From positions 3,091,819-3,155,818 of the forward strand of contig NC_057758.1 in the NCBI RefSeq assembly GCF_004010195.1: 64,000 bases of DNA, written 5' to 3'. The translations under genes were made by a program, and so were the position numbers. Under the pieces are notes generated by a model that worked only from the letters and a program-made list of their open reading frames with translations, ran no database searches and was not told the DNA's origin. Within the stretch, counting starts at the first letter, position 1. Every line of letters begins with the position of its first letter. Of the stretch, positions 1-13,996 are shown piece after piece. Source of the stretch: Chiloscyllium plagiosum. Taxonomy: Eukaryota.

Positions 1-708
1 AGTTGGAAGTTTTTGTTGCAAACGTTTCGTCCCCTGGCTAGGTGACATCATCAGTGCTTGGGAGCCTCCTGTGAAGCGCTTCTTTGATGTTTTATAGTGG
101 TCTGTCCCTGCCGCTTCCGGTTGTCAGTTTCAGCTGTCCGCTGTAGTGGTTGGTATATTGGGTCCCGGTCGATGTGTTTGTTGATGGAGTTTGTGGATGA
201 ATGCCATGCCTCTGGGAATTCCCTGGCTGTTCTCTGTCTGGCTTTCCCTATAATGGTAGTGTTGTCCCAGTCGAATTCATGTTGCTAGTTGTCTGCGTGT
301 GTGGCTACTTAGGATAGCTGGTCGTGTCGTTTCGTGGCTAGTTGCTGTTCATGTATGCGGATTGTTAGCTGTCTTCCTGTTTGTCCTATATAGTGTTTTG
401 TGCAGTCCTTGCATGGTATTAGTTTTGCTCATGTTGGGTATCGGGTCTTTTGTTCTGGTGAGTTGTAGTGTGAGCGTTGCTGTTGGTTTGTGTGCCGTTA
501 TGAGTCCTAGGGGTCGCAGTAGTCTGGCTGTCAGTTCTGAGACGCTCCTGATGTATGGTAGTGTGGCTAGTCCTTTTAGTTGTGGTATGTCCTCGTTCCG
601 TGGTCTTTCTCTTAAAAATCTCTAACACCAGAACTGCAAAAAGAAGAAGAGTAATACCTATACAAGGTATTCGCCAAAAACGGATACCCGCGCAACTTCA
701 TCAACAGA
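1..708 (-). mobile_element. Penelope-like element, 3' part (GIY-YIG and pLTR) with inverted 5' segment 625-708
   Basis: Minus strand reads LATLPYIRSVSELTARLLRPLG...PCKDCTKHYIGQTGRQLTIRIHE. 625-708 on plus reads TPELQKEEE*YLYKVFAKNGYPRNFINR. Same family as 58663-59498. Confidence 0.9.
18..57 (-). ncRNA. Minimal type-I hammerhead ribozyme motif (PLE pLTR)
   Basis: Reverse complement: gca-CUGAUGA-u-gucaccu-agcc-aggggac-GAAA-C-GUU-ugc; core intact. Confidence 0.7.
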
Positions 709-2330
709 GTCAGTACCTGATAACCATAATGGATGTGTCTATCAGAGTTTTGAAGGCAATTCCATTATTGAGTGTTCATGCAAAAAGGATGTGAGAGGTA
801 TTAGTAGCTTTCTGCACGCGGTGTGGGCGACCCGGAGTATTCAATGAAACCAAGGGTCTAATACTACTGCTAGGCTTTTTAAAGAGATCATGGAGAGCCG
901 AGGTACACAGCATTTTAAATCCTGAATCCCAGGGACCTTCAGAAAGATGGCATCAAACTCCGAAGACCATGATAAGGGCATACTCTCACGTTTACCCAAA
1001 TGATTGAGATAAAGTTATCTCAATTGTGTTTGTTTGCTGTTAGAAATACGTGAAACGAATCTACTCGGTTTACTCCCTCTGAGTAAATATTCGGACACGA
1101 TGTGAGAGGTCCTTTGAAATTAATTGAAGAGAAATTGACAGCACCAAAGTCAGAGAACTCGCATTTGGATTATGTGTTGGAGGTGATAGTCACATTTAAA
1201 TCGAATAAGGTGAGTTAGTGAAACAGCACCAGTGGAGGTCACCGACTGGAATGAAACCGATAGCAGGTTGAAAAAACCCTGAAATTCAGGCATTTCCATG
1301 GTGAGATGAAGTAAGAGCACTGTTACAGGTGATCCCGTCGAAACCATGTTTAGTAGACGCTATCAAATTGAGAAAAAACTTGATTGAGGTAAACTATTGG
1401 GTGAAGATGATGGATGGGGAAGAAATCGGTATTACGCATGTCATCTGAATATTTTGAAACTTTATCAAAAAGAGCAAAGGAACTGGAGAAATTTTTTTAG
1501 TTACTGCCCCACAGGGTAAGGAATCAAATCCAGATGTTGTGGACTTTGAATTGTCTCAAAATAAGTTAAACAATGAGGAAGTCCTTGTGGAGTGGGCAGG
1601 TTCATACACTATCTACCTCAGGACCAAAGAATGCAACTGAAAGCTTTGTTACAGCAGTATGAGGACATATGCAGGTATAAGATGGGGAGGACTAATGCCA
1701 TTGTACCTGAGGTAGACGGAGGGAATTCTATTCTGATAAAACAACACGCCTACAGGCTAAATCCTTTCAAAGCCATACAGATTAAGAAGGAAGTTGAGGC
1801 ATTGCTCAACCAAGAATTAATCAAACCGAATCAAAGCGTGTAGAGTTCGCCAATCCCGTTACTCCCCCAACCTGACGGGACTTCTCGATCTTATGTGGAC
1901 TATTGGAAGATCCCTGTCGTAACATAATCGAGCTCATAACCCAGACTGAGATTGGACGACCATATAGAGAACGTTGGACAAGCCAGTTGCATCACAACGT
2001 TTGACATATTGCATGGTTATTGGTAGGTAATGTTATCAGAGAAAGTGAAAGAAACTTCTGTGTTTGTAACCCCAAATGGGCTATGTCTATTCAAAGAACC
2101 CACGCACCACATTCCAAAGACGCATGAACAGAGCTGTGGCTGGGTTAACAAACTGTGAAGTATATCTGGACGATGTAATGATCTTTAGTGAATCCTAGAA
2201 ACAGCGAAAGATACAGTTGGCAGAGATTTTTGAACGATTCCGAGAAGCAAAACTGGAAATACACTTCCAGGAAACAGAATATGATAGCAGATACATTGCC
2301 GTGGATTTTACGGTTAAGTAACATTGAACA
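709..2330 (+). mobile_element. Gmr1-type Gypsy LTR retrotransposon copy 1, internal (INT-RT-partial RH), degenerate
   Basis: QYLITIMDVS...KAIPL (integrase), then KQHAYRLNP, then VYLDDV (RT, about 2160), then KQNMIADTLP (RNase H end); many stops. Confidence 0.85.
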
Positions 2331-2518
2331 GGTAACAATTTTATATATATCATATATATGTTTCTGTCTGTCTGTATCGCTCTCTTTCTCGCTATCTCTC
2401 AGTGTGTGTATTTGTGTGTCTGAGCACGCAAATATTAGCATGAACTTAAATTAACATCCTAAGTATAAAGAAGCTATCATTTCATTATGATGGTTCGCTT
2501 TTCATCTTAAAGGAGAGA

Positions 2519-2978
2519 TGCTATGAAGTTAAAGGCGTGTACTGTACCTTTAAGAAAGATTGAAAGCGTGCAAACGCCTGTAATTTCACAGAGAATGCTG
2601 TTCAAAACAGACCCTTAACAGTACGTTTTTTTAATGAGAAGTCTGAGCAGCAGAAGATCGAAGGCGACCCAGGAACAGAGTGGGTCCACACCACTCTCTG
2701 GTTTGCAAAATTGATTTGCTGTCAATTTGATAGGGCCTTTATGGGATCAGTGTCTTGTTATAGAGTGGGAGGTAGATAACAATCCTTTAAGAAAAAGAAG
2801 GTTGAGAGTTGTAAATAGTGGTGGGTTCATGTTCATTTTAGAGGTAAAGAATGAAATTGCTTTTTTTTCTGCAAGGAGTGGAATGGAGGTAGTTCTCCTT
2901 TACACATAATATAACAGATTGTGAGGTGAGGTTTCCTGTGTTTTTGTTATCAGAAGGGTTCACCGCCATGTTGTAACA
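2519..2978 (+). mobile_element. 3' LTR of Gypsy copy 1
   Basis: Follows a purine tract (aaaggagaga); TG...GTAACA termini. Confidence 0.55.
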
Positions 2979-3296
2979 ATTGTTCGTTCACTCTAAGATG
3001 CACATCATATCTCACATTTTCAACCTCCGCACTTGGATGATGTAGAAAAGAATTGATGTGATTGGTGGTCGCTTGGTGTTGATCAGCAAGTAGCTTAAAT
3101 TGTGTCTCCTACTCCAACTTAGTGCAAACAGCCAGGCTCCTTTCCAGTCATTCACCTCAAAACATGATGCAAAGGAAGTTCTCGGTGTCGTGACCAAAAT
3201 GCCTTCTGAGTCAAAAGTATGCCCTGAAAGGGTAACGTACAGAATAAGCCAGTGACATTAGCTGCAGGCTGTGGTTTGTGTGTATTGAACATAGAA

Positions 3297-3611
3297 TTAG
3301 ATTAGATTACTTACAGTGTGGAAACAGGCCCTTCGGCCCAACAAGTCCACACCGACCCGCCGAAGCGCAACCCACCCATACCCCTACATTTACCCCTTTA
3401 ACCTAACACTATGAGCAATTTAGCATGGCCAATTCACCTGACCCGCACATCTTTTGGACTGTGGGAGGAAACCGGAGCACCCGGAGGAAACCCACGCAGA
3501 CACGGGGAGAATGTGCAAACTCCACACAGTCAGTCGCCTGAGTCGGGAATTGAACCCGGGTCTCTGGCGCTGTGAGGCAGCAGTGCTAACCACTGTGCCA
3601 CCGTGCCGCCC
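3297..3611 (-). mobile_element. HE1-type V-SINE
   Basis: tRNA-like head GGCGGCACGGTGGCACAGTGGTTAGCAC with B box GGGTTCAATTCCC, central GGTGAATTGGCCATGCTAAATTG, CR1-like tail with (TCTAA)n. Confidence 0.9.
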
Positions 3612-3869
3612 ACCACGGCCAAGAGTGCAGGAGAGGTTCACAATCCATTGTGAGAGAGGTGTGAGAAAAAAATTGAAAGGTGCACGATATCCAATATTTT
3701 AACACCCATCACGTTTAATGTACGAGCACTTAAAATGGCTTATCCAATGGCTCTTTAAATTTTGTAAGGTCACCTGACTCATCTCGCCAATCGGGCAATG
3801 TATTGCAGATCCCTGCCACTCTCTGCTTGGAAATGTTTCTTATCAACTCCCTTCCACACCTTGGAAACA

Positions 3870-4210
3870 CAGAAAATCTTCCACAGTATGGAATCTGTAT
3901 ACTCACCCATTATGTCCAAACTGATCCTCCCAAACAGTATGCCACAGAGACCCAGCACATCCCTGTAACACCACAGTTCCCATGGCTAATCAACACATGA
4001 TGGGAAATTAAAGATGTCCAATCTAACTAACCTGGATTTTTTTTTGGGGGGGGGGGGGGAATATGTAGGAGGAGACCCGAGCACCCAGAGTAATCCCATG
4101 CAGACACATAGAGAATGAATAAATTCCAACCAGTCACCCAATGCTGGAATCAATCCCTATCCCTGGGCGCTGTAAAGCATCAGTAACAACAACTAAGCCG
4201 CCATGCAACC
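3870..4210 (-). mobile_element. Older, diverged V-SINE-like element
   Basis: Degenerate match to the SINE body (acccgagcacccagagtaatcccatgcagacaca...). Confidence 0.55.
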
Positions 4211-4938
4211 CCAAAGCTTTTGGCTATTCAATTCCAAAATATCCACCCTCGTTATTGAACCGTCAACTGCAGGGAGTAGCTGATTTCTGTTCCCTCTCCC
4301 CGTGGCCCACACATTCCTACAGAACTCAAGCAGGCCTCCCAGAGAGGTTCTCTACTTCAGAGAAATCACCCCGAGTATAGCTCGTTTCTCTTCGGTAATT
4401 AAATGTCCAGTAGAATATCGATCAGGAAAGCAAAAGAATAAGTCTTTCTGCCCATCCTATCCGTGTCAACAATGATGACATTCTAAACTAATCCTTTCTA
4501 CCAGCACCTAGCCTTTTCCCCACAATCCTCCGCCAGTTCATGCCTCTGTCTAAATACCTCTTCTACCTTATTATTAAATCCATTTCCACCACCTCCCCAG
4601 TGCAGCGTGTTCCAGACACCTACCACCTTATTGTGTAAAAGCACTTTCCTCCTACATTTCTTTTCCACTTCTCCCCTCTCACCACAAAATGAAGCCGTTT
4701 GGATTTCTGCCCTCGGATAAAAGAAATTGCTTTGCTGACATAGCCATGTGTCTCATCATCTCCAACACTGGCAAAAACAATCCATGTTTGTCTCATCTCT
4801 CCTTGTAGTTGACATAATCAAATGCATGCAATATCCTGGTAAACTTCTTCTGCCCTCTTTCCAAAACCTGCATATCCTTCCTATACTGTCGTGTTCAGAA
4901 AAAATATTCCAGCTGTGACCAAATCAAATGTCAAAACT

Positions 4939-6450
4939 TAGAACATAGAACATAGAAAAGTACAGCAAAGAACACGCCCTTTGGCCCACGATGTTGTGCT
5001 GAGGATTAATGTTAATGTAAAATAAAATAACTTAAACTATGCACCCCTCAATTCACTGCTGTCTATCCATCAGTCACTTAAATGCTCCTAATGACTCTGC
5101 TACCACCACCACCGCTGACACTGCATTCCATGCATTCACAACTCTCTGCATAAGAAATCTTCCTCTGAGATTCCCTCTATACATTTCTCCTAATATCTTA
5201 AAACAATGACCCTTCATGCCCTGGGGAAAAGACTCAGGCTGTTGACCTTATCCATTATCAGGACACCTCTCTTCCTCCTTCTCTCCAGAGAGAAATGCCC
5301 GAGCTTAGTCAACCTCTCTTGATAAGGCAAGCTCTCCAGTCAAAGCAACATCCTGGTAAGCCTTCTTTGCAACATTTGCAAAGCCTCTATATCTTTCGTA
5401 TCCTATGGCAACCAGAATCGTTCACAATATTCCAAGTGTGTTCGCACCAGAGACTCGTAGAGCTGTAGCAAAGCCTTGTGGCTCTTAAACTCGATCCCCC
5501 TGTAAACGAAAGCCAAAATACCATATGCTTTCTTAACAAATCTATCCAATTGGGTGGCAACTTTGAGGGATCTATATACTTGAACACCATGATCATTCTA
5601 TTTCTCCACACTGCCAAGAATCCTGTCTTTAAGCTTACATTCAGCATTTGAGTTCGGCCTTCCAAAATGTTATCACTTTGCATTTATCCTGGATGAACTC
5701 CATCTGCCATTTCACAGCACAGCTCTGCATCCTGTCTATGTCGTGCTGCAGCTTGCAATAACCCTCGATACAATCAACGGCACCTCCAAACTTTGAGTCA
5801 TCTGAAAATTTACTAACCCACTCCTGAACCTCCTTATCCAAGTCATTTATGAAAACTGCAAAGAGCAGAGACCCAAGAACAGAACCCTGCGGGACGCCAC
5901 TCAACACTGACCTCCAGGCAGTATACTTTCCATCTACAACCACTCTCTGCCTTCTGTCAGCCAACCAATTCTGAATCCAGATAGACAAATCTCCCTGAAT
6001 CTCATCAAATGCCTTGCTGAAGTCCAGATACACCACATCCACTGCTCGACCTTCATCGAGTTGTCTTGTCACCTCCTCAAAGAACTCAAAAATATTTGTG
6101 AGGCTTGACCTGCCCCTCACAAAGCATCTTGACTGCCTTTAATCACTCTACACTTTTCCGAATAGTCATAAATCCTATCCCTCAAAAATCTTTCCAAAAC
6201 TTTGCTGACCACAGTTTTAAGACTGACTAGTGTGTAATGGCCAGGGCTTTCCCTATTACCCTTCTTGAAACGAGCAACAGCATTCGCTGTCTCCTAATCC
6301 TCCGGTGTGACTCCCGTGGAGGGTGTGGAGGCAAAGATCTTCGCCAGCGGCTCAGAAACCTCCACTCTAGATTCCCGGAGCAACCCAGGATAAACCTGCT
6401 CTGACCCTGGGGACTTTTCAATCTTAATGGTTACCAGATTTTCCAGGAGA
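4939..6450 (-). mobile_element. CR1 LINE, 5'-truncated (RT and 3' tail)
   Basis: VDVVYLDFSKAFD, SGVPQGSVLG, FINDLD...SKFSDD; (TTCTATG)n tail at 4939. Confidence 0.93.
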
Positions 6451-7047
6451 TCAATTTCATACAACAACATGAGAAGGCCGTCAATGTATGTTGCTCTTTT
6501 TCTGACATCCCCCTTCCTTTCTGTCACAATGTTAACAGACAGGTTGAACTGTGAATTGCGATATTAAAAATCAATTTGTGTCTGTGCAATCCGGTTTTAT
6601 TGTCATGGCTGAGAAATCAATGGCTCAATACATCGCAAAAAAAATGCAATTTACTGGTTGGGGCATCGAGATACCGTTTGGGAATGGATATAAGCTGCTT
6701 AACTATTTCAGGAACCTGGACGGACATGCTAGCTCTAATGGCCGCCTTCTGAAATGTAATATTCACTGATGGTCATATATGATGGTCAGGTGACCAAATG
6801 ATCCTAAAGAGGGATGGTTTCAAGACGAATCTTAAAGGAAGAGATAGACATGGCTCGCTTTTGTAGAGAAGGTACCCGCTCTGAGAGAACAGACATCTTG
6901 CAGCTTGACCAGCAATGTTAGCCTGAGTAATGCAGTATTGGTCACAGAAGGCCAGATTTGGAGGAGCACAGATAACGTGAAGTTTAAAACCTGCAGTAAT
7001 GTTCAGAAATCAGACGAGAAGATCAAAGGTCAGAAGTAGCCATCAGC

Positions 7048-7180
7048 TAGGAGAAAGTGACGACTGCAAATGCAGGAGCAGGCGAATCAACGTTTCGAGC
7101 ATGACCATTTCATCAGTCAACGTCGACTCACCTGCAACGTCCACTCGGATCCTACCTGACCGGCCATGCCTTTCCACAGT
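7048..7180. mobile_element. Degenerate palindromic PLE pLTR element
   Basis: ggagaaagtgacgactgca end; minus strand CUGAUGA...GAAACGUU; short inverted arm. Confidence 0.55.
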
Positions 7181-8464
7181 TTTCGATCCACATTCTGTGC
7201 ATGAAGGCTGCTCTGCCATTCAATGAGATCGTGGCTGATCTGATTGTCCTCAAACCTACCTGCATTTTCCTACTTATTCTTCGACTACCCCTTGATTAAA
7301 AATCTGTCTGTCTCTGCGATCACTGAACCCGCTCTGAACTAAACTAATGCCAGTATAACTTTCCTCAGGTGAGAGAACGAAAAATGTTCTCAATATTCCA
7401 GCGGTGCTCCTACTTGAGTCTTGTTGAGTCTCAGCAAAACGTCCTGATTTTTGTACCTCGTCCCAGTGATACAGCCGTCTGAGATTTCGCATGACACTCA
7501 CTTTCTATTCTCGTGTTCAGGCCCTGCTCCATTGGTGGATACAATGACATGCTACATTTTGAAAGATGGGAATAAAACTCACTGCACTAATCACTGCCTG
7601 TAGTCCACATCTCATTGCTCATTGGGATATGGCTACTGTTAAGTAGACAAAGAGGGGACGAAGTTAGAAAATGTCAGGGCCAAATTGATATCTTGTGGCA
7701 CTTACGTGGACACCATTACAAAATCCTATCTTCCAACGAATGTTGTGCTCCGGCCCATCAGCATCCTTGTGGAAGTTCATTCCCATTGACAGGAGAGGTC
7801 CACCAGAGGAAAATAGAAGACAAAAGGGATAAAGACTCTCGAATGAAATACAGTGATATTTACGGAATAAGTTGGTTTGAGTACTTTGGATGGGGCACTG
7901 AGGGGGCTTGCAGGTGCTATTGTTCCCCTGCACCTCATGCGCATATCCTGCAAGTTGGCACAGAGCATGAGGGAGGAGGGGGACATTGATAGAATTGCCG
8001 AGTCTTTGGCTAGATGATCCATTCCTGCCAGATCCCCTTGTCCAACTCAGTCAGACAGGAAGAGAGCTGGGACTAGTCTGTGTTTTGGGCTAATAACATG
8101 AACCAGATTAAGCCTGTAGCGCATTGTAGTTGGTGTAATGCATTCTAACCGAATACTGCAAGTAGCACAACTGCATTCAGTTAGCTCTAATTTAGATATA
8201 GGAAGAACAGAACTGCTCACAGTGCTCCCAATAGGATCGGACTGCGGGATATGGAGACGAGAATTCTACTTTGTCCTGAAACGTGTCAGGGTTCTCAAAC
8301 GTTGTCGGAGCTGCAACAATTCAGGCAATTAGAAATTATTCCATTAGACACCTTACTTGCGACTTCTAGCTTATGGCATTGAGGAGGTGATTTATTCACT
8401 ACAGGTTTCCCAAAGTCTGGCCTACTTTGTAGCCACAGTCGAATAATAATCATAAATACATTGT

Positions 8465-8622
8465 CAATTGTCAGAAAAAAAACCCTTATCCTTCACTAAT
8501 GTCCTTTTCGGGACGGCCTCCATGTGGCTGTAAACCAAAAGCAAAGTGATTGACTCTTAACGGCCCTCTGAGCAATTAGGAATGGATAATCAACACTGGC
8601 CAAGGCAGTGACAGTCACATCG
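8465..8622 (+). mobile_element. Fragment of a second shark SINE family (SacSINE-like 3' region)
   Basis: ttcactaatgtcctt...ttgactcttaacggccctctg...agcaattagg motif, inside an old LINE; family assignment from memory. Confidence 0.45.
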
Positions 8623-8639
8623 ATTTTTTTTTTTAAATA

Positions 8640-9040
8640 TAGGGAGTCCAGTGATTTTCTGTTCAATGCTAACCCCGGAATATTGATAGTGTGGAATGCA
8701 GAAATGGTGATGTCACTGAATGTCTAGGTTTGTTGGTTAGACTCTTATTTATTGGAATTGGTTATTGGCTAGGATTTGTATGCAGTATATTGCAACTTGT
8801 CAGCCCAAGTCTGAATATTATTGCATTTGAATATTGACTGTTTCAATACCTGAGTAGCAAATTGTGCTGAACATTGTACAATCATCAGCGACCATCCTTA
8901 CTTCTGAACTTATGATGGAGGGCAGATCATTGGTGAAAAACTGAATGTGGTTGCGCTGAGGAACTCCTGCAGAAATGTCCTGGAGTTGAGATGACTGACC
9001 TCCAATAACCACAATTAATTCTTAGGTGACTAGTATGACG
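8640..9040 (-). mobile_element. Old CR1/L2-clade LINE RT fragment
   Basis: QDISAGVPQ...FTNDLPSIISSEVRMVADDCT. Confidence 0.75.
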
Positions 9041-9054
9041 TCAACAAGCAAAGA

Positions 9055-9487
9055 GTCTGAAACATGTGTTGCTGGAAAAGCGCAGCAGGTCAGGCAGCAT
9101 CCAAGGAGCAGGAGAATCGACGTTTTGGGCATAAGCCCTTCTTCAGGAATGAGGCGGGTGCGCCAAGCAGGCTAAGATAAAAGGTAGCGAGGAGGGATTT
9201 GGAGGAGGGGCATTGGGAATGCGCTTGGTGGAAGGAGGTTAAGATGAGGGTGATCGGCCGGAGAGGGGGTGGGGGCGGAGAGGTCGGGATGAAGGTTGCA
9301 GGTAAAGAACCCACCTAGGAACCCTCCAACCACAAGGGATGAATGCTGATTTCTCCAGCTTCCTCATTTCCCCTCCCCCCACCTTATCTCAGTCCCAACC
9401 CTCGGACTCAGCACCACCTTTTTGAGCTGCAATCTTCTTCCCTACCTCTCCGCCCCACCCCCTCTCCGGCCAATCACCCTCATCTTT
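9055..9487. mobile_element. PLE 3'-end element with inverted arrangement
   Basis: Minus-strand pLTR with hammerhead-like motif (about 9117-9147). Plus-strand LGTLQPQGMNADFSSFLISPPP (PLE C-terminus). Inverted repeat 9241-9302 versus 9425-9486. Confidence 0.75.
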
Positions 9488-12400
9488 CAAGTAATTTCTG
9501 TCATTCAGTAAGTCTATGTTCGACTAGGGAGAATTGAATGCGGTAGCGGAAATATATCAGGATTAGTCAATACCTTTTTTTGAGAAAAAGAATTGCAGGG
9601 CAAAAGAATAACTTTCATTTGGTGTTAATCAATGACGCGTGGTTAATACTGTAATGCACAGGGACAATACGAAGCTTCAAAAGTTTGAATTTTTGATTAG
9701 CATTAGGAATAGGTTAAACTTTATTCACGGATTTCTTCATCTACAGGGAGAGTGGAATAAGTCACATTTATTCTTGTGTATAATATTGAATGTAATCGTG
9801 AGTGGGATCCATAGGATTAATAGAAGATTGACGCAACCTTGTCAGTGTTACAGAGGAAGGAGTATGTGCCGATTGATTGTGATTTATGGAGAGAGAAGGC
9901 TTTGGGATCACATTTCCTGTTAGGAAAGACTATAGAGTCGTAGGTTTTTCGATTGATAAAAGACTGTGAAGAGACAAGAATTTTAAACCACAAAACATAT
10001 GTGGACATCGGGACTTCATTTGAACTGATGCAGCAGCTGTGAGAACAATATAAATATAATACCATCTGAACCATTGACCACGCTCCACCAAAACATGAGA
10101 TCATGGTAGATCTTTTCGTGCACTCAGCTAAACTTATTCCTTTGCCCACCTTAAAACTTAATTCCTTTGCTGTTCAGAAATCTATCCTCACCTCAAAACC
10201 ATTCAGCGAGTGAGTCTCAATGCTACACTGTGCATGGAATTCCACAGATTCACAAATATTTGGGTGCGGAATTCCTTTCTCAACTCATACTTAAATATGC
10301 ACCAAGGGAACCCTTACGTTACGGTTGTTGCTTGACCTGCTGTGCTTTTCCAACACTACACTCCCGACTCTGAGCTCCAACATCTTCAGTCTTCACCTTC
10401 TCCCCGCTCTGTCCCCTATTTCTCATTTCAGTCGTCAGTGGACAGAAACTTTCTGTTTCTAGCTTATCTATTTTCCACACAATTTCATGAGTTTATACAT
10501 GATCGCCTCTCTTTCTTCTCATGCTCAATGAACAAAGTCAAGTCGATTCAAACTCTCCTCATAAGCCAATCCTGGCATTTTCAGAATAATTGTAGTGAAT
10601 ACGACTGCATCCCCTACAGTTCCTGGACATCCTTTCTCAAGTACACTGTATTGCTGGTGTGCCCTGAAAACCCATACAGATGCAGAATAACCTCATTACT
10701 GTTAAACTCCATCTCTCTGACAAGGCAGGATATTTTCCTTCTTAATTACCTGCTTAACCCCTCAATCGCCCTTTTGTGGCTTCTGTATGCGGTCTCTCTG
10801 TGCAGTAGCATGCTGCAATCTTTCAACTTTTAAATAAAAGCCCATTTTGTTGTTATTCCAACAAAAATGTACGATCTCACGCTTGTCAACATTGTACTCA
10901 AAATGCCAGACCCTGCATACTTTCTTAACCTATCTATACACCTCTGCGGCCTTTCAGTGTCCTCTGCATGGTATGATCTATCAAATAGTTTATTGTCATC
11001 TGCGAATTTTGATATTTCTATTTACAATTCTGTTCGTGAGCAATGGTACGGATCGTTTGGTAATTATTTACAATTGGTTTGTGAGACGGAAATTAATTCT
11101 GTTGTTACTATTGGTACCGTCTGAGTTTATGTTTCTATTTTACAACAATTAATGAACGTAATGTTTAATAGAGATATTCAATTCACGCCACTTTTCAGCG
11201 ATCCAATGGTGAATAGGATTTGATTGGAAATTCAACACCTTGGTGGTTCCATAACACCTGGTGATTTTTTTTAACTTTTCAATGTTAAAGGTAATCGATT
11301 GAATAATTCATTTTCACGACCAAAGTGATATTAGATCATTGAGAATCTTAATTGACCGTCAACAGAATTCACACTTCGTTCCAACATGAGCTGAATATGT
11401 GAAGATAAAAAAGTCTTGCATTACCTTTGTCACAAACCAGACAATGTTCTCGTGCCATTTGTAAAACACTATTGCTTCTTGATTACTGCTAAAAACTTGA
11501 GGGTATTATCGTGAGGTTAAAACATTTTCTGATTGGGTCTGGAATTTGGGGTTAATGCAAAAAGCGATGCACAGCTTTCAGGCTATCTACTTTGAATTTT
11601 GCTGATAAAGAAGCGAACTGCTCTGCCATTTTCAAAACACACATGCGGAATGGAGCTGCATAGGGTCCTCCACTTTGTTGACACACATAGCCTTCTCTCT
11701 GTGTCAGTGCAGATTTAGGGTCATTCTGTGATTCATCGCAGGCTAATAATTTGCCCAATCACGTTAACAGCAAAGAATAAAATACTCTCAGCCCATCGTA
11801 TCCATGTCAACCAAAGACCACCAGTTAATAATTCCAGTCCGGTGATCCAGAACTTATTCGTAGCATTTGTTTCCCTTGCCATCGCAAGTGAACATCAAAA
11901 TTCGTCTCCAAATTTATGAGGGTCTCCATCTCCAGCACCGTTTCAGGCAGTGAGTTCCAGGTTCCTTCCGCCAACTGGGCAACAAATGTTTTACTCACTT
12001 ACCCACTAAACTTTCTGCACCTTAACTTAATTGTATGCCTGTGGTTATTTACCCTCTATAAAAGGGAAACTCTTCTTCCTTTCAAACCTACCTTTGCTTG
12101 TTATGGATTTATGCCTTTTAAGCAGTCTCCACTCAATCTCCTGTTCTCTCAGAAAAATATCCGAAGTCTGTCTAATCTCTCTTCATAACTGAGACTCTCC
12201 TGCCTTGTACTTTACAATGTTGTATTTTTTTTTGAACGAGGGCATGGGAGATTATTGGATTGCGGGACCCCATCTATATTTTTGACGTCAAATTCCACAG
12301 TTTCTCCCAGGAGTTGACACAGTCAATAGGTTAATCATTGCTTGGTAAGTCTCATGTCTGCTATTTTAGTGGCTGATATGGTCGAAGGCAGACGACAGCT

Positions 12401-13996
12401 GGCCTGTGTATTGCATGAACATTTTTTTCTTTCCAAAGTTTGAATGATTTTACATTGAAACTAACTCTAACTTTCCCTGTCTCCGTGGCATCTTGCAGGT
12501 GTTAGCACACAGAATGTTTGAAATTGAGTAATCATTATTTTTTTCATATCAAACTTTTTGCTGCGATTTCGTGGTAGAATATTTCCCATCCCCAATGTAA
12601 ACAACAGTGTTGGAGCTTCTGTTGTCTGTCTATTCCGCATTGAATCCATATACTGCCTTGTGTGTTATAGATATCTGATATGTACATCCGACTGAAGGGG
12701 CTTTGACACTATCTACCACAGTGGAGGGCTGTTTCTTTGGCTGCCTAGATGTCTTTTGCTTTTTTTTCGTATGATGCTGTTCATAATGAGCGTCAGTGGC
12801 TGAACGCCGCCTTAGTGAATGTGCAAAGAAGTATGACAAGCATGGATTGAATCGATAGTCGAAATGAAATTTTTATTACATCTTTTTGTTTTCCATGCAG
12901 AAGTGTAAAATACCAAGGGGCATAGTTTTAAGTTAAAAAATGACAATTTTTATTTTTACACAAAATATGCTCGGTGTCTGGAATGAGCTGCTAGGAAAGG
13001 TGTAAAAATCAGATCCGGTAGAAAGTTCAAGAGACACAAGAAACTGTCAACGAATGGAAGCAAACGGATCATGTATAGGCATGTGTGTTAGAATTAGTTT
13101 ATTGTCGGCGCAGATATCGTGGGCTGAATGGCCTGTGCATGTGCTGGATTGTTCTCTGCTCTGATTTCTATTTTTCCGTCCTCAAATCATTTACGTTTCA
13201 ATAATCTATTTTGTGTTTTTTAAAATACTCACATAATTTCAGCCTTCACAAATTATTTCGGTTGACCAATTTTACCTACCTTCTGAGCAAAGAAGTTCCC
13301 TCACATCCCAGTACCAAGTAAATGTTTCATTGTTCTGTAACTACGTCTTTAGTTCAAGTTTCAGCCACAGGTGGGAACGTCTGGCTGCCAAGTTCATTCA
13401 GAATCTTGTGTGTTCAACACATCATTCTTCATGTTTCTAAATTCCAGCTATTAAAGACATAGCCTGTTCAGTTCTCAATATTAATATTCTCATATCAGAA
13501 ATTAATACGTCGCTTCTGTTACGAGTATATACTTTAAAGCAAATCTCAACCAAACTACAGATGACTCCCCTCATTGTTGAAGCACTGCTGCCATACCAGC
13601 TTCTCGATGATACTGCAAATGTAGAACTGTGATAAATATCTTCAATATTTTTTCCGACATCTCCACATTTTTGATAAATAAGATCGTGCACACCAGGGTA
13701 CAAATTTAACTATTTTTCATATCAATCCAAACTGTAAAAATAAAATTATTTTCCGTTATTCTAAAGCCCTCATTGGAAGTAGAATGATCAACGAGTGAAA
13801 TTTTGTTTCAATGCATAGAGGATGAAATAGAAAACATTTAAATACAGGAATAGATGGAATTGTTGGAATTCTTGTGCAAGGCAAAAACACAGCCTCGATT
13901 AGTCACAAATCATGCATTGTTGACTAAAAAATAAGACATTGTTGTTCGGAGAGTGTAACTCATGGTAACAAAGATGCATTACTAGATAGAACATAG

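Noticed and set aside
3420..3702. Recurrent ORFs (CGRKPEHPEETHADTGR / HGGTVVSTAASQR) and tRNA-like heads
   Set aside because: Translations of SINE copies; the heads are SINE A/B boxes, not tRNA genes.
4037..4058. T-run followed by G-run as a G-quadruplex or regulatory site
   Set aside because: Homopolymer expansion inside a decayed SINE; error-prone sequence.
7615..8022. Overlapping ORFs of 81-124 aa
   Set aside because: No homology I can recognise; probably unclassified old repeat or chance.
11552..11758. 68-aa ORF in apparently unique sequence
   Set aside because: No motif or splice support.
13600..13703. Minus-strand NIEDIYH resembling exon 1 of another GPR139-like gene
   Set aside because: No AIGxP motif, no donor site and no matching exon 2.
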